Below are positions 19,453 to 29,563 of a stretch of DNA of 36,620 nucleotides, piece after piece (positions within the stretch are counted from its first letter, which is position 1; each line of letters opens with the position of its first letter). The notes under the pieces are model-generated. The model did no database searches, was not told the DNA's origin, and saw nothing but the letters and a program-made list of their open reading frames with translations. The stretch is from assembly GCA_000826855.1 (NCBI GenBank), contig JTLS01000055.1:1-36620 (forward strand), written 5' to 3'. The stretch comes from Basidioascus undulatus. Taxonomy: Eukaryota. A program made the translations under genes and the position numbers.

Positions 19453-20498
19453 GCAACTGAAGCAACTGTTCTGAAGATGTCTCAGGGGTTTAATTCAGAT
19501 TGCTTTATTCTCAAGCCAGATGTTTCAATCGAAATGGCACTGCGTCTTATGCTAACAACAAAAGGCCGAGCATGATGAAGGCTCCGACTGGATGACTTGC
19601 CTCGCATATTGGATGTGGTTGGAAAGTACGAGCTTCGGAGGTTACACTTGTGACATCCATACTTTGATAGGTGCGTTTTTTTCTCCCAGGAAGCATGAGA
19701 ACACCGCTCAGAGCACGCAACAAAGCAATTGGGAGCCCCCAGCGCGTAGAAGTGTACGGTGCCTCGCCGTGGACATTGAACAAGCCAGCCTCTCAAATCT
19801 TTAATGAAAAACTCAAGCCTTTTGCGAGTAAGAACTTACCATGTGCCATCAACACCAGCTGTTCTTTCATGTTGCAGGGGCAAGGACCAGCCACCGGACC
19901 GGCATTGCGACCGCCCGGCGCCAGGGCTATGACTGGTATTTTGCCATAAGATATCAGTCTTGGGGAGCTCATAGAAAACCAGCATCAGGGGAAGGTGGAT
20001 CATGGCTATTCTTCTTTTCAGCCGACTGTGTTGTAAAGATGTGAAATGTTCCTTCGAATGTTTGGCTTTTGACAATGGGTGCGACTGTCATGTTCTCACG
20101 TTGAGTACTGATCAGTGGAAGCTTAAAGATCAGCCGTAGGCCTTTGTGGAAAAAATTCATTATTCCTTGTTGATCCTTACCCCGTGAAAGCCTTGGTAAG
20201 CTGGCGCAGCGTACGCAACCCATCCCGGACCTGTAGGCCTGTCCGCCGCCCACCCGGGTCCACCTTACTCCCACTACCAGCTTTGGAAAAGGGATCGAAA
20301 ACATCATTCAAAGCACCGCTCGATATGGCAGTGTACCTGATTAGCATCAGGCTCCATGACGCCCCCAGCGAGTCTTGGCCGTAAATGTTCCGTCTACGGT
20401 CTACGAACATGCAGTTAGTACGACAGGTCAGACAGCTTCAAAAGCGAAAGGATTCTCCATGTTGCAAAAAGTTCAAACCCGAACTCTTGTCAATCACT

Positions 20499-21345
20499 TC
20501 AGACGTTCACCGTCAACCCCCACAGCGTACCCTCGATCGCCCCCGCCATCACCAAGTCTTGCATACCACCAGCCTGTCCCAAATTGTGAGCCGCATTGCG
20601 TACCACTACGTCAGTAGGTCCAGGCCGTGCAACCCAGAACGCGCGCGCCTTCCAGATGACGTCCTGCTCCAGCAAGTCGTACGCGGTGCCGTCGAGCAAA
20701 ATGACGATGGACTCCAGGAGGGGCGTGCGGCGATGCAAGAAGCGGTAGTCTGAAAAGCTGACGTGGTACATGATGTGGCGGTCAAATGGCGAAGTGCGCG
20801 TGTTGCAGACGAACGTCTCGAGGTTGTCGAGCCGGACACTGGAATCAAGGAAGGGCGGGGACCTCTGCTGCCAGTCGACGCAAGCAAATCGGCGCAGACC
20901 CTCGAGGTTCCGAGGGAGAACGAAGCGTTTGACCTGGCCCACACCAGCTCCACGAGACGCAGGTCTCTGAAGCGGTTCCGCTAGACCACGTCTGCGGTCG
21001 ATTGCGAGTGAGCGCAAGGTGGAGGAGGTCGCAATGAGGATGCGAGTAAGCTTTCCCATCGTGGCGTCCTCCGCATCCACCTCCTTGTCCAGCTGCGGCA
21101 GGACGAGCGACTCGACAGATGCAGCCAGAGCCGCGTTCTCCTTCAGCGTACGAGCGAACGCCCTCACCTGGAAGGCCATTCTGAGCACGACGGACGGGTA
21201 TAGAGATATTGAAGGCCATGAGATGGACGGCGCGCGATACAAGGTAGAGCGATGCGAGGGTCGAGGAGGCGAGCGGGTGAGACGGAGCGGCCACTGCCTC
21301 GACGAAGAGATGGATGATTTCAATGGGGAGCGAAAAGCTGGACAT
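20499..21345 (-). pseudogene. F-box-like/LRR-like gene with a +1 frameshift
   Basis: ATG 21345 MSSFSLPIEIIHLFVEAV...TLASLYLVSRAVHLMA shifts frame near 21200-21212 into YPSVVLRMAFQVRAFARTLKENAALAASVESLVL. The spacer is 13 nt here vs 12 nt in the 3.2-5.0 kb paralog. Confidence 0.7.
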
Positions 21346-21579
21346 TTTAACCACATAATATCTCGACAGGGGATATTCCCGATGGTGCGTTAGTGTTTGA
21401 TTTGGGAAATTAGGAAATGGTAGAGGAGAAAGGAAACCAGGCGAAGGGCACAAGGGCGCCGCAGGCTATCGGTACAACAGCATCTCTTCTGCCGAAACGG
21501 CCTTGATTGACTTCTGCGTGGTGCGCCCCCTCATGCTCTCCCCTTCCCATCACCCAAATCCCCACTGTACACTCCATCG

Positions 21580-23043
21580 ATGTGCCCAATCAATTGTCTA
21601 GCTTCAGAGCTGTTGTGCCATGTCGGCAATACTTGACATTCACGACCTCTGCTCGTTCTCAGCCTGCTCTTCGCGTCTCCGCGCAATCTTCGTCTCGAGC
21701 ATCTTCTCTCTCAGACCGCTCAATTTCTCGTGCTCGATGTTCCGTAGGGCAAATTTTGATGTCGATCTTCCACGCTATGGTCGGTATTGGTACCAGACGT
21801 GTTGTGCGCGAACGCCGAACTGCGCCAGCACATCCGGTAAGTCTGCAACGTTCTCCTGTTGCCGCGTGCAGCGCTCCTGACGTCCGTCCAAGCATGTCAC
21901 AGGAATGTAGAGTTCTTCCCCAGAGACACTGATTTCAACAATCTCGAACGAACGACCTCTTGCTCTTAACCGAATCTTCGCCGTCTCCAGCTCGAGATCG
22001 ATTACGAAGTCGAGCGACCGGAGGTCCTGCTCGACCTGCCTCGCTCCTTCTGCCAGATTCAAGGCCTCACCGAGATTGTTCTTGCAGGCGAGTTATTTTC
22101 CTCTCTTTCTCAAGCTGCCGTATTCGAGGTCATCGCGTTCCTCGCCCGCTCAAACGAGACGCTTGAGCGCGTCGAGTTTCATGTCCTCGAAATCCGGTGC
22201 TCGGCGTCTCCCATAGGACTGGGCTCAGTCGCGGCAGACTTCCGGCGCGCGGACATTCCTCGGCTCTCGAGCTTCAGGATGTACAATGGCACTGGACGAT
22301 CTCTCTTCGAGCGCCAGTCTCCAGGCATGGCTACGCCACCTCGCTCATTCTCGTCACAGAGGGAACTCACCTGGAGGGTATGGGACTATGCGGACGAGGG
22401 ATTCTTTCAATGTTGCCCTAATATCACGAGCCTCAATCTGGAAAATGTCCTCGATGCGGAAGACATATCTCGAATCTTGCGCGATCTTCGCGGCGCACCT
22501 CTTACGCAGCTGCAGATGATGCTACGAGAGTTCGATCGGACCTCCGTCCGGGATCTTCTCAAACTTGCTCCCTTTTCGATCATCTCGTTCTGGGGCTATA
22601 CCACGATGAGACACTTGAGCCCGACATGCTTGATGTACGTCCGCCTTGCATTGCCGACGAAGCTTACGATGAGCTCTGAGCTGACATCTCGAGAGGTTTT
22701 CTCCGGTCTCGCACGCCTATCCCTCAAGCGGCGACTCACTCTCGACATCGTCCTGCCTGAGAAAGTCGAGTTGCCCTTCAAGCTGCGACGTTATCTGCGT
22801 CGTGCCATCCTCATGGCCTTTGCCGAAGGCCTGCCGTCGTTGGAGCATCCATGCTGGGCTCGCAGCTATCACGAACGCTTCGGTACCGCCAAGGACATGG
22901 TGTTCCGCATCGTTCACCGTGCTGAAGGGCTCGCAGGCGTTTGGCAAAGCAAATTGTACATGTCTTCTCCACCCTGGGTTTCCGCCGCAACTGGTGCCGA
23001 TCATGACTCTCAAATCCAGTGGGATGTGGGAGTTGGTACATAG
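21580..23043 (+). pseudogene. F-box/LRR-like gene, frameshifted
   Basis: MCPINCLASELLCHVG then a frameshift into LDIHDLCSFSACSSRLRAIFVSSIF (F-box pattern). Downstream ORF 22279-23043 has LRR-like CPNITSLNLENV..LTQLQM. The middle is broken. Confidence 0.55.
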
Positions 23044-25839
23044 CTTGTGCGCCAAATGGTGTAGCCTGGAGGGGGATGCACGGTTGACGCCGCTGGACAT
23101 TGCCAGCCTCAGTTGGCAGGGTTACGCTCCCGGGCCCCGCTCCTCGCATTGCACCCCAATAACAGCTGGTGAACCTCAGTTAAGAGATATCCCTTCCAAT
23201 ATCCTTACTTGCCGAGAGCGAGATAGCCAGATGAGGACGGGCGGAAACCCTTCTGGAGTCAAACATGCTCGGCGTTCCTGACGCTAATCATAAGAGGTGC
23301 TGGGGTGTGGGCTGCAACTGATGTCAAAAAAGAGAAAATCTGCCCTTCGTGAACGCCTGAAGAAAAATGTAGATTGCGGTAGAAACCTCAGCAAACAAGG
23401 TACTGAACTGCACATACAGCTTCTCTTTTGCTTCCGAGATAAATCTCTTGGAAGACCGAGCAAGCTTACATTCTTCTCAATGCATGTCCCGCGAACTCGG
23501 AAGAATGTCTGGAGGGTGCAAACTCAAGCCTCAGCGAGCTTGCTGTGCTCGGATTCAAGCCGGTATGAACCACGACAGCCCCAGACTGCTTGGGGTATGG
23601 GAACCTCCGGTACGCGCCGGCTTAGACTCAAGTAGTCATAACTACCGTTTGATGATGTGCCGGTGTGATGTAGTTTGGGAACCTCGGAACGGCGGGAAGG
23701 TCATCATCGACAGGTTCGTCATGAATCGTTGCCTCCAATGAGGGCAAGACGGCGTCCAGCTCGCTCTTGTCGGTCAACAGCGAATTGGCAGAAATAGAGC
23801 GAACTTGTCATGATTTTGGTATGCCAGAGATTGCATGCCAGTCCTATCACCGAATGTACGCTGAACAAAAGGGTGCCCGAAGCGGTCCGGGGCTCCGAGT
23901 CGTCTTCTCGCGTCGAGCCCTCCATGGCCAACTCTCAAACGACCCTTTCGGCCCGAACCCCCCTACAATCTCCAACGTGTCCTTCGCGAATATCAGTACG
24001 CCTGGACAGTACTTTCACCTGTCCCGGTCACTAGATGCACCGCAACTGTCACAAGCTACTCGTCATCGCGAGTCCCAAAGGCCGGCTTCGATCAAGCGTA
24101 AGCACGGCCCCCGGTGCGTCGGGGTATGCCACTGATGACCTCTATAACCCAGGCTACGACTTCATGAATGCCAGATATGGGCACTTTCGCCTGCGTCCCA
24201 ACTGGTCCTGGACGTTTCCCGTATCTTCAGGAGATTTCACGCCAGTTGGTCAGAAGAGGAAGCCATGCTCAGAAAGAAAATCGCTCATTGCACTCGATAC
24301 CACCGTCTGAAAGGGCTTTCACAGCCAAATATCCAAACCATATCAGTCTGACAGTCTTTTGGCGTCGCTGATGTTTCGCCGTGCCTGGCGCACTGTGGTG
24401 TCGTTCAGCAGTTCGCCCTCTGAATCTCAACTCTTGTGACGATATAGGCATACGTTAAGCACTTCAGATCGAATAGTCGAGTGTAAGTCGAGTCGTCATC
24501 TCTCAGTATGCGTGCTGATATGCAGGGACGCTGGAACCCCCAAACGAGGAGACAGCAAATGGTGACCGCCCCTGCGCTAAAGCCATCAGCGTCGATCGCA
24601 TGCATACATTGCTTTCTCGCCTAAACTGCTTTATCAAACCCCTCGCCCCTCGGGACAGGGCCACCCACTATTTGGAAACACAACGAGGGTCACAACTTTT
24701 GACAGCTATCTCGAGCTCGCAAGCTCGGGGAGCGAAGATGGCTGTAAAACTCATTGCCCTTCGCTGCGTTGCCACACTGGCTCGCCCGCGGTCCTGGCCC
24801 GAGCTTGCGTGGGGTCTGATGAAGCAGTCTATTTCTCGCCTGGCAAAACGCGAAAGTCCTTTTGAAAACTAGTCAACTGGCAAACTATTCCTCGGCGAAA
24901 TGATTGGTTAGGAGCCGTTAGGTTGTAGGCTTGTTGGTTAGGACAGCGGTCACCATTACATTACTACTCACCCCAAACGCAGCAACACTCTTTTCTGCCC
25001 TGGACTACCGAGCCGACGGACTTGCAGCGACTTCAACATGGGGCAGGACCACTCCTCTCACACGCACCTCTCATGCCTCCTATTTTCGTCCAATTCCGGC
25101 CCATAGTATACGCGCATGGGTTAACAAGCGGTGTCCATCGTTGCATATTTTGGTGTACAGGGGATCGAATGTGCATGAGGTGCGCGAAGTCTGTGCAAAG
25201 GAAGCCGCGCCGGGACCCCAGCGGCTTTTATGCGCTTAAAGTCACGTGCGAGCTTTGAAGGACCTTGCTGCGCCTTGCCAAGACTGAGTAACGCCCCGAC
25301 CAACACCCGACTAACCGCTCGCATGGTTATCTAAGCGTGAAAAGGATCTGCGACTGCCTCATGGCTTGCAGACAGAGGAACGGAAGGCGTGCAGCGACTG
25401 TGAAAGGGCGGCGGAGGAGCAGAGAATGAGGCGATGACGATCCATTAAAAGCAGTCGCGCTACTTACTGTGATCTGGTACTACTTACAACGCCACTTATT
25501 AGGATTAAGTACTCCCTTGCCGAGACCAGTGTGGGGGTGATGATACTCCAGGGCGCGAGGGGTGAAGGGTGCCTATTATTTGCTGTCTGGGCCTCAGGTC
25601 TTGTCTGACCCAGCTTCTCCGTGTGCCTTTATCCCTTGTCCTTGTGTTACTCTCCGCTCTCGGTCCGCTCCTCCCGTCTTTCAGCCTCCTTCGACTCCTT
25701 CGACTCCTTGATCTCCCACCTTTCTCTCTCCCGACGTTCGTTTCGTAGCTTGGCTTCACTCCCTTTTCGATACCCATCGACACATTCATCTAACACCACC
25801 GAACACCTCCTTCGATCACACTTTGCTTGCTTGGTCGCG

Positions 25840-27837
25840 ATGCCCCGCCTCGCTACCGCCCTCTTCGCCGCTTCCTCCCTCGTCGGTACCGCTCTTGCTC
25901 ACGGCTATGGTGTGTTTGTTCAGCTGCTCGGATGGATGGGGGTCATTCGAGGCGGGTCTCTGACGGCCAAAGTGCCGCGTCGTCTACAGTCCAGGAGCTC
26001 TGGGTCGGTACGCGCTCGGATCATCTCCTTGTTCGGTAGCTCCCTCTCACCTCAATTCTGTCACGCAGGCAACACCTGGTATCCCGGTAGCAACGTGCGT
26101 CTTCCCCTGCTTTCACTGGCTTGGTTGCGGGAGGGCATTCAGCTGAAAGCTCGGCGCAGTGGGACCAATACGTTGAGGGGAGCCCTGTCCGTCCCGCCAT
26201 GAAGGACGGTGCCTGTACATCATTTCCTTCCATTGTTTCCATGAGCATGTCAACTGATGTTGGATATGCGCAACAGACGTCCACGCGTGGGACGTCAACA
26301 CCGAGTGGATCGCTTGCGGCTACAACGGTTCGGTCCCGCCTTTGCCGCGTTGTCCGTAGCTTACTTACCCTTCACCGTTGCGCAGGTCGCAACCCCGTCC
26401 CCTTCTCCGCTCCTGTATGTTTGGCGTCCATACCTTTGTATTCCCATACAATGCTGACGGCTGTTCATGGGCAGATCATCGCCGGCGAGAGCGTGAAGTA
26501 AGCCTTCTGCAACCTCTGCTTTGCAGAGCACGATGCTAACCTCACGCGCAGGGTCCGCTGGCACGGCGACCGTGGCTGGCCCGGCACTGCTCAGGACTGG
26601 TGGGGTGAGTGTCCATATCCTCTTTCCACCTCGCAGCGAGCTCATCCCACCGCGCAGGCCATTACGAGGGGCCGATCATCGACTAGTATGTCTTGCTCCC
26701 TCTCTGCCTCCCGCCCGCATAATCAATCCCTTACCACCCCGCCGTCCTCCCGCAGCCTCATGCGTTGTGACGGCAAGTGCCAGGACTGGTACGCCGACCG
26801 CGGCGACGCGCGCGTGTTCAAGATCCAGGAGAGCGGTGCGTAGAGCGAGCCCCTGAAAACGCGCTCGTGAGCGACGCACGTTCACACCGCTATCGGTCGC
26901 CAGGCCTCGACACCAGCCAGGGCCGCCAGGCGCAGAACTACTGGCCTTCCCAGCCGTCCGGCAACGGTCTCTGGGCGCAGGACAAGGTGCGCCGCTTGCT
27001 TCGCTGTCTATGTCGCGACTGAAGGCTGACCACATCCTGCCGATACCAGATGGCCCGCATTCAGCAATCGGTGCTTAGTTTTCCCATGTTCATTCAAGGT
27101 AAATCTTGCGCTGACACGGAGGATGCACGCAGTGGTGGGAGATCCCCATCCCCTCGGACATCGCCGCTGGCTCGGTGCGTCGTTTTGCGAGATACTTCGC
27201 ATTGCGCAAATGCTGATATTCAGAGCGCCCACGCAGTACATCCTCCGTCACGAGTCCGTCCAATTTTTGCTTTCTCAGTATCCTTCGACTGGGTGACTAA
27301 ACAGTGCACGACACACACAGGCTCCTCGCCATCCACGATAACCAGTCCGGCGGGCAGTCCTACCCGTGCGTCCCTCTTCTACCAACACTCCATCTGGCCC
27401 CGGCTCACAACGCTCTTTCTTTCTCGCAGCGTCTGCATCCAGCTCGACATCTACGGCGGCAACAGTTCGTCCCTGTCCTTGCCATCGCGCCGCCTTGCGC
27501 TAGAAGCCGATGCTGACGTCCCACTTTATTCGGTCGACGCAGACGTCTACCCCCCTGAGACGAACGTCCGCCAGATCTACCAGAGCAACGACATGTGGGT
27601 TAACATCTACGAGGGAAACGGAGGGATCTCTTCCTACACGATCCCAGGCCCTGCGTGCGTCTCTTTCACTTTTTCCAATCATACCCATCGTCACCCCCTC
27701 TCCGGCCTCTCGCCCCGTCCTCCGCCCGATTACTGACATGCAATCGTCGAACGAAAAGGATCCACCGCCCCGCCGCCCGCAAGCGCATGGAGAAGTACTC
27801 CAAGCGCGCCGAGCAGCTCAGCCACCACGCCGCGTGA
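25840..27837 (+). CDS. Secreted AA9 (GH61)-type lytic polysaccharide monooxygenase, 18 exons, 286 aa
   Basis: Signal peptide ending ALA then His1 (HGYV); IACG; second His in WWGHYEGPIIDY; FKIQESG; IPSDIAAGSYILRHELLAIH; Q-x-Y in GGQSYPVC; YTIPGP. Exons sum to 861 nt with 17 GT-AG introns and no internal stop. Confidence 0.88.
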
Positions 27838-28492
27838 TTCCGGCCTTCCCACCCTCGGACATTCTCATACTTTACGATGTTCGCGCCGTGCGCATTAGAC
27901 TTTCTTCATTTACCCTTAGTCTCATTATCTCTCTCGACGCTCGTTTGTCATCACACTCGCTAGCTTGACGCTCGCTTTTTCGAACGCATACATCGTTGTC
28001 TGCGTTATCCTGCGGTGGGTGTATGCGTTCTCGGTGCGGTGGTGTGTCTCGTACAGAGAGAGTCTGTTGATTGGAACCAGGAAAGCGCTATATGAGTTAT
28101 AGAGGCAGGTGGGGGGTGGTTGGGGGCGCGGGAGCGCCTTACTGCATGTGCAGACCGCCGCCCGATTTCAACATTGGCACGAGCGATCTGTTGCTTGATG
28201 TAGATGGCGATGTATCTCATCGATGATCGATCTATTGCTGAGTCGCGTCGCGTCGCAAGCTATTCAACTCCCTGCGTCGGGGGACAACTATCATAATTGT
28301 GATTTGTCGCCTCGAGTGTCTTGCTCAATTCATGCGAACGAAACGGACAGACCCACGGTTTCTCAAGGGCACGGAAAACACAGCAGGCGGAGCACTACCG
28401 AGGGTTCCCGACTCCGGCTTTGGCTGACCCTTACATCCTTCAAAGCAACAACAATATGGGAACATATATCTACACCACTTAGATAAAGCCCA

Positions 28493-29005
28493 TCAGAAGT
28501 CCACTACACCCAACCATTCTGCTAGAGTTTTGCGCTTTTGGTGGAGGGTGCCCACAACGGCCAAGTCGTAGCAGGTCAAGGCAGCGTCGACTTCCTCCTC
28601 TTTTCCTCTTGTGTCAAAGCATGCCGTCTTCCATCTGCCTAGAGAGAGAAGACATACCCGTCATCCTGCCTATATCCCTCGGCGTCTTAGGTGGCGGCAG
28701 AACGGGCGGTGCGCCCACCGGAAGGGGATTCACAGCGGGAGGCAGTCGCAAGGGGAGGTCTCGACTGACCACGGCGTTTTGAAGGCGGTACGGGAGCAGT
28801 GATTGTCTGCGGAATAGAAAGTCTGAGCCTTCACTGGCTAAGACTTTGCCCAAGAAGACACGGACTCTCGGACCGCTTGAGCGGCTATGGAGCTGAGCAT
28901 GGACTGCGTCTTCGCATGCTGTGCCTCGTTCTCCGCGGCGGCGGCAGCGATTTGGGAGCTGAGAGCGTCCATGCTAGACTCTGCGTCTGCGGATGAGGTG
29001 GTCAT
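28493..29005 (-). CDS. Small protein with Mug135-like (DUF1773-type) C-terminal domain, 131 aa
   Basis: Exons 29005-28866, 28806-28658, 28599-28493 (396 nt). N-terminal helix, then RLQNAVVSRDLPLRLPP...PKTPRDIGRMTEEEVDAALTCYDLAVVGTLHQKRKTLAEWLGV. Domain call from remembered pattern; intron 2 needs an AAG acceptor. Confidence 0.6.
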
Positions 29006-29563
29006 GTCCAGAAGGATAAGAAACAATGGCTGGTATGAGATGCGTAGCTGCTGCGATTGGTTTGAAGAACCGCGCTGGCTGAGCCGGAATGGATCATTTA
29101 GCCCTCTCGTCATCGTGTGCATAAGCTCCAGACACTTTTAACGTCCTGGGGACGATAAACGCTTGTGCTTCTGTTCTGAAACTATTCTCCACTTTGGCAA
29201 TGGTTACCACGAAGCTCAATGCGCCACCTTGACGGCGAGTAGAATCACCACAAATCAGGAGCGCGAAGACGGCCAACCTGTAACGTGCTCCTGGAGGCCT
29301 CAAGACAACAATCCTGCCGGAATGTACGAGGTGAGTGCGCACTGCGTTGTTATCCCAAGCCAATCATGCGCACTCGCACGTGCTCCCAAATCGAAGGGGT
29401 TCTGCTGCAGCCGCAGACCCACATCAGACGTGCGATAGCGTAATATCATGCTGGTCGCGCAAGATGGGGTATCCAACAACGCAAAGTAAGGAATGCAAGG
29501 AAGTCCAGAAGTCCGCCGCAGCACGTCCTCGCTGCCGTCTCCCTCGTCTCCCTCTGCACGCCA

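Noticed and set aside
19531..19652. Possible second BTB remnant (EMALRLML...LDDLPRILDVVGKYEL)
   Set aside because: Too short and interrupted by stops to support without a profile search.
24905..24942. TTAGG-like motifs resembling telomeric repeat
   Set aside because: Only three or four dispersed, imperfect units and no TTAGGG tandem array.
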